Of a stretch of DNA of 64,000 nucleotides, positions 31,517 to 40,583 are shown one piece after another. The translations under genes and the position numbers were made by a program. Numbering within the stretch: position 1 is the stretch's first letter; the number at the start of each line of letters is the position of its first letter. Origin of the DNA: a virus (lineage: Duplodnaviria; Caudoviricetes); IMG/VR virus record IMGVR_UViG_3300016482_000089, positions 1-64,000 of that record, one strand, 5' to 3'. The notes beneath the pieces are model-generated. The model saw only the letters and a program-made list of their open reading frames with translations, searched no databases and was not told where the DNA came from.

Positions 31517-32469
31517 CAGGTCTCCTGGGCCCCCACGAAGACCGGCAGCTCCGTCTCGTCCCGAACCTTCTGGACCGCCTCGTTGAAGGCGTTCTCGAAG
31601 TAGAGCTCGGGGCGGTGCCGCAGGATCGCCCAGGTGACCCGGCCGCCGTTCAGGCGGTACCGGAGCCGGACCGGGATCCGGTACATGGCGCCCGCCTCGA
31701 ACACCGGCAGCGCCAGCAGGAACATGTTGGGCACCTTGAACTGCTGCCCGGTCTGGTCCTGGTGCTCGGTCTCGTAGACCAGCTGCACCTCGCCGGTGCT
31801 GAGGTTCGTCGCGGTCTTGACCTTCGAGTGCTCGGTCACCTGCAGGCCGCGGGAGAGCTCCAGGAGCTTGGTCGGGCCGGCCAGCGTGCCGCCGAGGACC
31901 TTCACCAGCTCGGCGAGCTTCCGGTCGCCCTCGTCCATGTCGTCGCCGCCGGGCGGCGGCAGGATGTCGGTGATCCGGTCCTCGAGCAGCTGCGCGAACT
32001 CGGCCTAGCCCATGTAGCCCTTGGCCTCCGCCTGGACCCAGGCATTCCAGGTCTTCGACAGGGGGAAGGCGTAGGTGCCGCGGTGGTCGCCGTAGCCGGC
32101 GTGCCAGCCGCTGTCGTACTCCTCGTGGTCCGCGTTCGGGTCGTGGTAGTTGATCACCGCGGTGACGGACGGCGACTGCATGTTGTTGTTCGCGAAGATG
32201 ACGCTCGGGGCGAGCTTCTGGCGGTTGACCCAGGCGATGAACGAGGCGAGGTCGAAGAACTTCGCGGTGCCCTTCGGGCGCTCCGGCCGCGTCCGGTACT
32301 CGTCCATCAGCGCCTTGACGCTGTTCGCTTCGAGGCCCGTCGGCAGGACGAGGACGGGGCGCTCGTGGCCCCGGTGATCGTCGAACGTCTTGATCGTCGG
32401 CTGGAACAGCCGCTCGACGAGCGCGGCGACGTCGGCCGCGGTGCTGTTGGGCTTGGTGGTCTCGGGCAT
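31516..32469 (-). pseudogene. DUF2303 (YfdQ-like) gene interrupted by one in-frame TAG
   Basis: ORFs 32005-32469 and 31516-31938 are in frame; ...KGYMG*AEFAQLLEDRITDI... with TAG at 32005-32007. Confidence 0.75.
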
Positions 32470-32479
32470 CTGCTGGTCC

Positions 32480-32839
32480 TCAGCCGGTGAGAGTGCGGAT
32501 CTGCTTGGCGTCGCCGCTGACGTCGCGGAGGTTCAGCTCCGGCTGGCGCGGGTCGGTGCGGGAGAGGTTCCCCTCCGGCGTCACGTGCAGCAGCGTGCGG
32601 CCGCGGCGGAGGGCAGGGGTCTTCACCTTGTAGGAGCCGGTGATCTCGACGAGCCCGCGGTCGAGCAGGACGTTCAGCTCCAGGGTGATCTTCCCCTTCG
32701 CCTTGCCGCCGTTCATCTCGACCTGGCCGAGCTTCTCGATGAGGTCGCGGGTCTCGTCGGAGAGGTCGGTGACCAGTTGGCCGTCCTCGGCCGCCTGGAG
32801 GACCTGCGTGAACGAGCGCAGGATCGGTGCTTCGGGCAT
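32480..32839 (-). CDS. YfdP-like partner of DUF2303
   Basis: KGKITLELNV...VKTP...TPEGNLSRTDPRQPEL. Confidence 0.7.
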   Translation of the reverse strand: MPEAPILRSFTQVLQAAEDGQLVTDLSDETRDLIEKLGQVEMNGGKAKGKITLELNVLLDRGLVEITGSYKVKTPALRRGRTLLHVTPEGNLSRTDPRQPELNLRDVSGDAKQIRTLTG

Positions 32840-32847
32840 CTGACCTC

Positions 32848-33291
32848 TCAGAGCAGGGTGTTGGCGGGGGCCGGCGCCGGGGCGAACCAGGCCGGGAGCT
32901 CGAGGAACAGCTGGCCGCCGAAGCTCCGGTGCTGCACGACGACCGGGGCGAACGGCCCGTCCGTGAGCTGGTGGGCGCGGAAGGTCTTCATGGGCCAGCG
33001 CAGGCGGGCGTGGCCCTTGCCGCTGCCGTAGCTGGAGAGGACGCGGCCCTGCCCGGCGGAGGCCGCGCGGAGCAGGACCTTCCCGGCGTCGACGCCGGTG
33101 CCCTCCGAGAGCATCACGGAGGTCTGCAGGGTCAGGCCGACCGCTCCGAGCACCAGGGCGCCGATGCGGATGTCGAGGTGCGTCCGCCCCTCGATCTCGC
33201 CGCGATCGCCGCAGGCGGCGATCACCACGTTGTCGGGCCGGCTCAGCCGGGCATAGCCGGCGCCATCCGGCACGAGGTCGTCAAACGGCAC
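32848..33291 (-). CDS. Hypothetical protein
   Basis: GGAGG RBS before GTG 33291. Confidence 0.55.
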   Translation of the reverse strand: MPFDDLVPDGAGYARLSRPDNVVIAACGDRGEIEGRTHLDIRIGALVLGAVGLTLQTSVMLSEGTGVDAGKVLLRAASAGQGRVLSSYGSGKGHARLRWPMKTFRAHQLTDGPFAPVVVQHRSFGGQLFLELPAWFAPAPAPANTLL

Positions 33292-33438
33292 CCCTACGCC
33301 TCCACTCGCTGCTGCGGGTGTCCGGAGGGAACCACGACGCGCGGGGGAAATCAACAAGACTTTGTGTTTTACACGCCGGAAAATGCGAACGGCGGCGCCC
33401 CCGTGGCCAGGGGCGCCGCCGTTGCCGCCGCGGCCGAG

Positions 33439-33597
33439 TCAGGCCTTGGCGCGGGACCGCGAGGTCGTCTTCGCCTTCGCCGTGGAGGCGCGGGCCGGGG
33501 CCTTCGTGGGGGCCTTGGCCGTCGCCTTCGCGGGCGCCTTCGCCTTCGTGGCGGCGGCGGGGGTCTTCGACTTCGTCGCGGTGCGGGTGGCCGGCAT
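33439..33597 (-). CDS. Histone H1-like basic peptide (52 aa)
   Basis: MPATRTATKSKTPAAATKAKAPAKATAKAPTKAP...; GGAGG RBS; downstream hairpin. Confidence 0.65.
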   Translation of the reverse strand: MPATRTATKSKTPAAATKAKAPAKATAKAPTKAPARASTAKAKTTSRSRAKA

Positions 33598-33662
33598 CGC
33601 CGTGCCTCCAGGGGGCATGATGGGACAGGGCTGGCGCGGCCCCCGGCGCGCCGCGGCCCATC

Positions 33663-34244
33663 TCAGAGCAGCGGCGGCGTCGGCGCCTGCAGCGCGCCCT
33701 CCCGGCGGAGCCACAGCAGGACCTCGCGGCAGGCTTGGCAGTCCGCCGCGGCGCTGTGCGCGTTCTCCAGTTGCCGCTCGGTCGCCAGCGCGTAAAGCTC
33801 CGCGAGGCTCGCGCCGCTGCCTGCCGCCTTCGCCAGCGGGCGCCCGGATTGCATGGTGCAGATCCGGGTGACCGGCCAGGGCGGCTCGCCGACACGCAGC
33901 TGGGCGTACACCATCTCGATGACCCGCAGGTCGAACTCAAGGTTGTGCGCCGCAACCTCGTCGGCCGCGTCGAGCAGCGTGTTGAAGATCGAGAGCGCCG
34001 CCTTGGCCTGCACGCCCTCCCGCTCGGCCCGCTGGATGGTGATGCCGTGGGCGCGCAACGCGCCCACGGCCACCTGGCGGCCAGGCAGGTACGGCTTGAT
34101 CAGCACCGAGATGGCGCCGACCAGCCGCGCGTCGTCCCAGAGCTGGGCGCCGAGCTCCAGCAGGATGGGCTGGCTCGGGTGGGTGGCCGGGTAGTTCTGG
34201 CTCGGCCAGCCCGAGGTCTCGGTGTCGAAGATGAGGGTCTTCAT
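33663..34244 (-). CDS. DEDDh 3'-5' exonuclease (DnaQ-like)
   Basis: FDTETSG, AHNLEFD, AHSAAAD motifs. Confidence 0.9.
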   Translation of the reverse strand: MKTLIFDTETSGWPSQNYPATHPSQPILLELGAQLWDDARLVGAISVLIKPYLPGRQVAVGALRAHGITIQRAEREGVQAKAALSIFNTLLDAADEVAAHNLEFDLRVIEMVYAQLRVGEPPWPVTRICTMQSGRPLAKAAGSGASLAELYALATERQLENAHSAAADCQACREVLLWLRREGALQAPTPPLL

Positions 34245-34270
34245 GGGAGGGTCACATAGTGTTGTGTTGG

Positions 34271-35641
34271 CTATTCGGATTGGCGTGTAGAATGAGCATC
34301 GCGCCGGAACCACTCGGTCGTGTGGAAACGGTGACAGGTCGCGCAGACCTGCACCCGGTTGCCGGGCTCCGCCTTCCCGCCAGCCCGGAGGGGCTTGAGG
34401 TGCATGGTCTGCAACACCTCCCGCTCGAAGGTGCCGAGGCAGATGTCGCATCGGAGCATGCTCTCCGTTGGTCGTGGCTGCCCCTTCTGGGCCAGCATCC
34501 GGGCGCGCAGCACCTCGAAGGAGTAGCCGCGCCCGGCTCGGTTCACCTGCTTCACCAGCCCGTTCAGGGTCTCCGTCCGGGCGTTGGTGATGCGGTGGTC
34601 CCAATAGGCGAACACTGCCCCGCGCCAGTTCTTGACGGCGGTCAGCAGCGGCTTGAACGCCTTGGCCGTGTCCGGCGGCAGCGCCGCCGCCCATGCGTCG
34701 TAGGCCGCCTCGGCCTCCTCGCGGGTGGTGATGGACCACAGGTCGTAGAACGCCTCCTTGGCGTCGTAGGCTGCCTTGAGCGCGGGCGGGGCATTGGCCA
34801 GCCAGCCGGACAGGGCCAGTTCGCCGCGCGCCTTGAGGGACGCGCGGCGGGCCAGCAGGAGGTAGCGGCCCCGCTTGGACAGGCGCCGGGCGTTGGGGCT
34901 GAGGTCGCGCTGGATGGCCTTGCGGACGCCCTCCAAGGCATCGGACGCCATCCGCTGGACGTGCCACTTGTCCACCACCACGGCGGCCTGCGGCAGCAGC
35001 ATGGCCACCACGTCGAAGTAGGGCCGGTGCATGTCGATGGTCACCACCTTCACCCGGTCCTTGCCGGGCAGGCGGGACACCCAGCGGGCCACGGTGGCCT
35101 TGTCGCGCTCGGCCAGCATGTCGATCAGCAGCCCCTGCTCAGCGTCCGTCAGGACGGCGCGGGCGCGCTTCATAATGTGGACCTCGTCAATGCCGAGGAC
35201 GCGGGGCGCGGAGGGCCGATGGGCAGCGTCGAGGGCGGCGATGCGGTCGGCGCAGATGAGCCGGACCGTCTTCTCGTCAATGCCGATGTCGTCCGCGACC
35301 TGCGTGAAGGGCCGCTTGAGACCCTGTTCCTCGATGTATTCCCGGCATCGCACCGTCATTCGGCGCCCCTCCTCCATGTCCGGGAGAGGCTGGAGGAAGG
35401 TGCTGGCGCAGGCCCGGCAGCGGTAGCGGCGCCGCTCCACGCGGATGACGACCTGCCTGCCCCGGATGGGGGCGTCCCGGTAGTCCACCACCTTGGACCC
35501 GTGGCGGTAGAGTTGTCCGACCACCCCGCACTTGGCGCAGGTGTCCGGCTCCGGGTCGTAGGACGCCTCGGCGGTGAACAGGTCGGTTCCGGGGTGGACC
35601 GCGTTCACGGTCCACCCCGGCAGGTAGAGGAAGTTGGCCAT
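34271..35641 (-). CDS. ISL3 transposase with C-terminal HNH-like domain
   Basis: zf-ISL3 CAKCG..RYRCRAC; LGIDE, TIDM, VDKWHV, NARTETLN; tail RCDIC..MHLKPLRAGG..PGNRVQVCATCHRFH. Confidence 0.88.
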   Translation of the reverse strand: MANFLYLPGWTVNAVHPGTDLFTAEASYDPEPDTCAKCGVVGQLYRHGSKVVDYRDAPIRGRQVVIRVERRRYRCRACASTFLQPLPDMEEGRRMTVRCREYIEEQGLKRPFTQVADDIGIDEKTVRLICADRIAALDAAHRPSAPRVLGIDEVHIMKRARAVLTDAEQGLLIDMLAERDKATVARWVSRLPGKDRVKVVTIDMHRPYFDVVAMLLPQAAVVVDKWHVQRMASDALEGVRKAIQRDLSPNARRLSKRGRYLLLARRASLKARGELALSGWLANAPPALKAAYDAKEAFYDLWSITTREEAEAAYDAWAAALPPDTAKAFKPLLTAVKNWRGAVFAYWDHRITNARTETLNGLVKQVNRAGRGYSFEVLRARMLAQKGQPRPTESMLRCDICLGTFEREVLQTMHLKPLRAGGKAEPGNRVQVCATCHRFHTTEWFRRDAHSTRQSE

Positions 35642-35650
35642 GTGGCCAAC

Positions 35651-36271
35651 CTAGACGGCATTGGCGGCCTCCGGCAGCAGCGCGCTAAGGGCGGCCACGA
35701 TGCGCTGTGCATGAGCGGGCTCCACCTTTCCGGCTTCCACGTCCCGCAGTGCGCGGTCGTATCCGGCCTGCTCAGCGTCCCTTGCATGCTCCCCGATCTG
35801 AGCTTGCACGCGGCGAAGCTGCTTCATGGCCTCGCCGTTCTCTGCGTGAAGGTCGCCGACCAGCCGCGCCAAGTTCTCCTCGGCCGCCCGAAGCGCCTTG
35901 ACCAAACCGCGCTCCTCCCCCGCCTTGATGCGGCAGGCCGGATCACACGAGCAGTCGAAGCCGAAATGGTCGCGCGCCTCGTCTTCGGTGACGAAGACCT
36001 CGTCGCAGTGGAAGCAGCGCCACCGTCGCGGGTTGCCAGCGCTTCGCAGCCGCGTTCGCTCCGCCCGAGCGCCCGCCGCCTCAGCATCGGCCAGCATGCG
36101 TTCCGCGACCGTCGCGCGCTTGGAAAGAGACCGAAGGGCGGCGGCGGCGGCGGCCAGCGTGCCGTCCACGAAGTCATGAGGCATCTCATACCTGACGCGC
36201 CCGTCGCTCAGGTCCGCGCATTCCGCCGCCAGCCGCTCCACCGTCTCCGGGCTCAAGTCAACGTCGCTCAT
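35651..36271 (-). CDS. IS passenger: C2H2-type Zn-finger/coiled-coil phage-like protein
   Basis: WRCFHCDEVF...ARDHFG; lies inside the TIRs. Confidence 0.65.
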   Translation of the reverse strand: MSDVDLSPETVERLAAECADLSDGRVRYEMPHDFVDGTLAAAAAALRSLSKRATVAERMLADAEAAGARAERTRLRSAGNPRRWRCFHCDEVFVTEDEARDHFGFDCSCDPACRIKAGEERGLVKALRAAEENLARLVGDLHAENGEAMKQLRRVQAQIGEHARDAEQAGYDRALRDVEAGKVEPAHAQRIVAALSALLPEAANAV

Positions 36272-36383
36272 AGCCATCCCTTTCCACACGGAAATCCGAC
36301 TTATGGATACGATGCCGACACGCTCCTTTCAACACGGAAATCCGAATGGCCGTTGTGTTTCGCGCCCGTCCGCAAGCGGTGGG

Positions 36384-36716
36384 TCAGTCGGTGATCGTCT
36401 GCACCGCGATGGACTCCTCGAACTCCCCCGCCGTCCGCTCCTTCGCGCGGCGGAACGCCTCGTCGCTGACGTCGCGCCAGAGATCCGCGTTCGGCTCGCC
36501 GGTCAGGAACTCCCGGCGGATCCTGCAGGCCGTGCCGGCCGCCTTGTCGAGCAGCCCGTGCACGCAGACCGTCAGCGCCTGGGTCGTGTCGAGGCCGGTC
36601 GCCTTCAGCAGCGGGATCGTCTCCAGGATCAGGCGATTGAGCTGCCGGTCGAAGTCCTGGCGCAGCGCATAGGCCGCCTCCGGCGGCTGGAATGGAGCGT
36701 CCTTCTTCTCCATCAC
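36384..36716 (-). CDS. Hypothetical protein
   Basis: 110 aa ORF. Confidence 0.55.
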   Translation of the reverse strand: MMEKKDAPFQPPEAAYALRQDFDRQLNRLILETIPLLKATGLDTTQALTVCVHGLLDKAAGTACRIRREFLTGEPNADLWRDVSDEAFRRAKERTAGEFEESIAVQTITD

Positions 36717-36898
36717 CGCGCCCCCCGCACGGCCTGGATCGGCTCGCAGCGGACATGCGCCACCGCCCGCCCCGTCGTCTCGAGGTGATAGGCCTGCACC
36801 GGCGCCAGCGCGCGGCAGGCCTCCAGGCTCTCCACCGGCACGCTGACGGGCATCGCCCGCGGGTCGGTGAGGAACAGCACCAACAGCCAGGTTCGCAT
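36713..36898 (-). CDS. Small hypothetical protein
   Basis: MRTWLLVLFL...SLEAC...VRCEP. Confidence 0.5.
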   Translation of the reverse strand: MRTWLLVLFLTDPRAMPVSVPVESLEACRALAPVQAYHLETTGRAVAHVRCEPIQAVRGAR

Positions 36899-36908
36899 TC
36901 GATCTCCC

Positions 36909-37331
36909 TCAGGCCGCTTCCCGGGCGGCCGGCCGCATCCAGGTCACCGCCATCAGCGCGCGGCGGCACCACTCCACGTCGAACAGGCCGATGTGGCAGA
37001 GCTCGGGAGGCAGCCCGAGCAGCTGCGCCAGCTCGCGATAGGCCTCGGAGCGGTCCACGCCCTCCGACTGCCAGAGCGGGTCGAAGGCGGCGTGCACCGA
37101 GCGCCGCCAGCCGCGCACCTCCTGGGTCGCCAGCGTGCCCAGCGGGCGGATCGTGCCCGGGTGGCAGCCGATCGCCGCGTCGCAGGGCCGGCAGACCCAG
37201 AACTGCTTCTCGGCCAGCTTGCCGCGCCGGTAGAGCTCGTCGCCGCGCAGCAGGATGGCGACGTGCCCGCAGCTGCAGATCGGCCGGCGGCCGTAGAACT
37301 TCGGGGGCGCGGGGAGGGGGTGGTCAGTCAC
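36909..37331 (-). CDS. DUF3268-like zinc-finger protein
   Basis: CSCG..WVCRPCDAAIGCHPGT..PLGTLA..HAAFDPLW..CHIGLFD. Confidence 0.8.
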   Translation of the reverse strand: MTDHPLPAPPKFYGRRPICSCGHVAILLRGDELYRRGKLAEKQFWVCRPCDAAIGCHPGTIRPLGTLATQEVRGWRRSVHAAFDPLWQSEGVDRSEAYRELAQLLGLPPELCHIGLFDVEWCRRALMAVTWMRPAAREAA

Positions 37332-37506
37332 GGAACACCTGGAACATCTGCACAATGCAGGTGAGCGCCAGGAAGACCGCGCAGCCGGCGATCGCCGCCG
37401 ACAGGACGGCATAACCCTCAGCGAAGGCCGCCACGGCGGCGCTCGTCGAGAGTGACGCCCAAACTGCGAGCAGGAACGCGCGGCGGACGGTGGGGTCCTT
37501 AGGCAT
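37324..37506 (-). CDS. Small two-TM membrane protein
   Basis: Two hydrophobic segments. Confidence 0.5.
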   Translation of the reverse strand: MPKDPTVRRAFLLAVWASLSTSAAVAAFAEGYAVLSAAIAGCAVFLALTCIVQMFQVFRD

Positions 37507-38515
37507 CGGCCGGCATCTCCCGCCACTCGCGGCCGTCGAGCTCGGCGCCCGCGCGCCACTTCCGGACCCGCCGCATGGCGACGCCCTGGCCTTCCAGCTC
37601 GCCCACCGACAGGTCGGGCGCGACCACCGCCCGCCGGCCGTCCTCGGCGACGATGACGTCGCCGGCGGCGATCATCTGCCCGATGCCGTCCGGCCCGGCG
37701 GGCGCCGGCGCCCAATCCCCCCACTGCTTGAAGAAGAACGGCACGCGCGCCTCGACACACTGGTCGCGCAGGCTGCGGAACCAGTCGGGGTGCGGCGCCC
37801 GCCGCCCGGGGCCGCTCTCGCCGCCGGCGATCACCCAGTGAATGCGGAGCGGGGCCGCGTCGGCAGGGAAGGGGCCGGTGATGTCCCATTCGCCGATGTA
37901 GGGCATCCCACTCTCGACGTACTGCCCGCGCAGCGCGTCCAGATGGATGCCGGCGCGTGCGGAGCCGGGCTTCTGCGGCAGCAGGCACACCCGCGTCAGG
38001 TCAACGGGCCCGAGGAGCGGCTCGCACGACAGGAACCGCACCCGTGCCGGCACGGAGAGGAGATGCGGGATCCGGCGCTCGGCCTCGGCCTGGTTCTCGA
38101 CGGTCGTCCCGAGCCAGACATTGCCGAAGGCAGGCCAGTCCTCCGGCAGCATCTTCACGATGTTCTGGGGCCGCTTCGTCAGGAGCAGCCAGGTCAGCCA
38201 CGGCGTCGCGCGGATCAGCCGCCACAGGTCGACGCGCCACTCCGCCGGAACCTGGTTGTCGAAGACATCGGCGAGAGAGCTGCAGAACACCTTCGCGGGT
38301 CGTCCGGCGGCCTCCGCCACGCGGTTCCAGCGCACCGGCTGGAGCCAGTTCTCGGCCGAGGTCCGCCGCCGCTCGCCCTGCCACAGCTCCGGGCTGCCGG
38401 TGCGGCGCGCCCAGGACTCGGCATAGCAGTGGTCGCAGGCCGGGCTGATCTTGGTGCAGCCGAGCCACGCGTTGAACGTGTGGTCGCACCACTCGATGGC
38501 GCTGTTCTCGCCCAT
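37499..38515 (-). CDS. Phage Gp37/Gp68 (DUF5131) family protein
   Basis: IEWCDHTFNAWLGCTKISPACDHCYA; LLLTKRP; FLSCEPLL; WVIAGGESG; PFFFKQWG. Confidence 0.92.
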   Translation of the reverse strand: MGENSAIEWCDHTFNAWLGCTKISPACDHCYAESWARRTGSPELWQGERRRTSAENWLQPVRWNRVAEAAGRPAKVFCSSLADVFDNQVPAEWRVDLWRLIRATPWLTWLLLTKRPQNIVKMLPEDWPAFGNVWLGTTVENQAEAERRIPHLLSVPARVRFLSCEPLLGPVDLTRVCLLPQKPGSARAGIHLDALRGQYVESGMPYIGEWDITGPFPADAAPLRIHWVIAGGESGPGRRAPHPDWFRSLRDQCVEARVPFFFKQWGDWAPAPAGPDGIGQMIAAGDVIVAEDGRRAVVAPDLSVGELEGQGVAMRRVRKWRAGAELDGREWREMPADA

Positions 38516-38937
38516 CAGTTCAGGGCCCCCTGCGCGCGGGCCTGGGCGGCCTCGGCCTCGGCCTGCCGCTGGGCCTGCTTGGCCTCCTGCTCGGCCAGCT
38601 GCTGCATGGCCGCCTCGCGCTTCGCCGCGAGCTCCTCGGCGGTGATGGGCTCAAGGGCGATTCGGGAATGCTGCTCAGCGCAGGCGGAGGCTGGGTCGAG
38701 GCCTGCCGCGGCGCCGGCCGTCAGCGCCATCTGGATCGCCGAGAGGAGGGCCGGCACCAGCATCTGCGAGGCTCCGTAGAGGGCGTTGTTGATCGCCATC
38801 GAGGCCGGCGCGTGGGAGCCGTGCCAGATCTCGATCGTCATGGTCAGGCGATGCCGGACGGGAGAGGCGGGGGCGGTCTTCATCCGCAGGTCCTCCTCGG
38901 CGCTCGTCTCGAGGACATCCAGCTGTAGCTCGCTCAT
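38515..38937 (-). CDS. Hypothetical protein
   Basis: GAGGAGG RBS; C-terminal coiled coil. Confidence 0.55.
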   Translation of the reverse strand: MSELQLDVLETSAEEDLRMKTAPASPVRHRLTMTIEIWHGSHAPASMAINNALYGASQMLVPALLSAIQMALTAGAAAGLDPASACAEQHSRIALEPITAEELAAKREAAMQQLAEQEAKQAQRQAEAEAAQARAQGALN

Positions 38938-40583
38938 GCGGCCCTCCTCGGCGCGCTCAGGGCGTGGACGACGTTCGCCTCGGCCAGCAGCCGGGCGATG
39001 CGCTTGGGGACGGAGTTGCCGACCAGCCGCATCGCCTCGCTCTTCGTGAGCGGGCGGCGGCGTCCGCCGACGGTGATCTGCCGCGGCAGCCTCAGTTCGT
39101 GCGCGGCCGCCGCCTCGTGGGGCTCCAGCATCCGCATGCCGATGTCGGTCACGACCCAGGGCTCGCCCTGGATGCTGACGGTCACCACGCCGAACCGGGC
39201 CAGGGTCGAGAGGGTGTGCAGCGGCTCGTCGAGCCCCTGCGCGGCGCCGCCCTCCCCGTAGTACTTCGTCATGAAGGCCGCGACCGCGGCGATGTGGTTC
39301 CCGCCGGCCGACACCGTCGGGAGGGGGTCGCTCGCGTCGGTGGCGGTGCATTCGCCCCGGAGCTTGGCCAGGAACGCGGCGGCCACCTGCTGCTGGGTGC
39401 CGAGCGTGGTCAGGGTGCTCATCGGCTGGCGGATGTCGAAGCCGACGGCGCCCAGGTTGTGCTGCGCCATCCAGGCGGCGACCACGGCGTGCTTCGCGCC
39501 GCCGGCGACCATGGTGCCGATCGGCTCCTGCAGGTCGAGGGCGCGGGGCGCCTGGCCTTCGCGCTCGCCGTAGCCGGTCTGGATCAGCGTCGGCGCGATC
39601 AGCGCGAGCTCGCCGCGGTTGGCTGTGGTGAGGGTCGGGATCGGCTCGGCGGCGCTGCGCACCCGGTTCCCGCCGGCATGGGTGACCGAGATCAGGAACG
39701 GCTCCTGGGCCTTCAGGACGTAGCGCCACATGCCGGCCGCGATGCGGCGGTGCGTGGCTTCCACCAGGGGGCGGGGGCGGTCGAAGATGCTCGGGATCGG
39801 CAGGGACCAGTCGATGATCTCCGCCGCCGGCCGCCAGGGTTTCAGGTGAAGCGCCGGCGCCTGCAGGCGTGGCGCATGCGTGCGCTCCGGCCAGCCGATC
39901 AGCCCCCCATCGAAGCGGATGATCGCGTGGAAGCGCCGCCTGGTGGTCGGCACGCCATAGTCGGCATAGTTCAGGTCGCGGTCCTCGTAGGCGCCGCCGA
40001 GGGCGCGCAGGTGGGCAACCCAGCGCCGGAAGGTCCGCCCGACCCGGCGGCGGTCGCGCACCAACTGCTGCTGCTGGCGGGGCACCCGCTCACCCGGCGC
40101 GGCGACGGAGCCGTCGAGCTTCAGGACGCGCCCGGTCGCCTTGTCGCGCTTCGCGACCAGCGGCCCCCAGCCGCGGATCTCCCGGACGTTCTCGACGAAG
40201 ACGATCTCGGGCTGGGTCTTCCCGATCCAGCGGCAGACCTGCCAGGGCAGTGACCGCACCCGGGGGGAGCGCGGCGCGCCGCCCTTCGCGACGGAGTGGT
40301 CCGTGCAGTCTGGCGAGGCCCAGATGTTGAGCACCGGCCGTCCACCGGTGGCGACCAGCGGATCGACGTCGAAGATGTCGCCGCGGACGTGCGCCGTATG
40401 GGGGTGCCGCTCGGCATGGGCGGCGAGCGCCACGTCGTCGTGGTTATTGGCCACCGCGACGGGGCATCCGGCCTCCTCGAGCCCGTCACAGGCGCCGCCG
40501 AGGCCGGCGAAGAGGACGACGGTGATGCGGCCGTCGAGCGGCCACTGGCGGGCCTCGGCGGCCAGGTTGCGGCGAGGCTTCAC
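38934..40583 (-). CDS. C5-cytosine DNA methyltransferase (orphan)
   Basis: LFAGLGG, ASPDCTDHS, FVENV, YGVPTTRRR, LVGNSV. Confidence 0.92.
   Translation of the reverse strand: MKPRRNLAAEARQWPLDGRITVVLFAGLGGACDGLEEAGCPVAVANNHDDVALAAHAERHPHTAHVRGDIFDVDPLVATGGRPVLNIWASPDCTDHSVAKGGAPRSPRVRSLPWQVCRWIGKTQPEIVFVENVREIRGWGPLVAKRDKATGRVLKLDGSVAAPGERVPRQQQQLVRDRRRVGRTFRRWVAHLRALGGAYEDRDLNYADYGVPTTRRRFHAIIRFDGGLIGWPERTHAPRLQAPALHLKPWRPAAEIIDWSLPIPSIFDRPRPLVEATHRRIAAGMWRYVLKAQEPFLISVTHAGGNRVRSAAEPIPTLTTANRGELALIAPTLIQTGYGEREGQAPRALDLQEPIGTMVAGGAKHAVVAAWMAQHNLGAVGFDIRQPMSTLTTLGTQQQVAAAFLAKLRGECTATDASDPLPTVSAGGNHIAAVAAFMTKYYGEGGAAQGLDEPLHTLSTLARFGVVTVSIQGEPWVVTDIGMRMLEPHEAAAAHELRLPRQITVGGRRRPLTKSEAMRLVGNSVPKRIARLLAEANVVHALSAPRRAA

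Larger units (their letters stand above)
34269..36351 (-). mobile_element. Complete ISL3-family element (2083 bp) with passenger gene
   Basis: 26-bp imperfect TIRs GGCTATTCGGATTGGCGTGTAGAATG / GGCCATTCGGATTTCCGTGTTGAAAG (21/26); 8-bp TSD GTTGTGTT at 34261-34268 and 36352-36359. Confidence 0.92.

Noticed and set aside
19126-32007. Genome-wide TAG recoding suggested by two in-frame ambers (J, DUF2303)
   Set aside because: TAG ends several genes at plausible C-termini (moron, holin, RHH partner, dnaB), so local events are more likely
35653-35663. 11-nt match (CAATGCCGTCT) to the predicted TnpB guide seed, inside the ISL3 element
   Set aside because: Short, no adjacent TTGAC TAM (GCCGC instead), and plausible by chance in 64 kb
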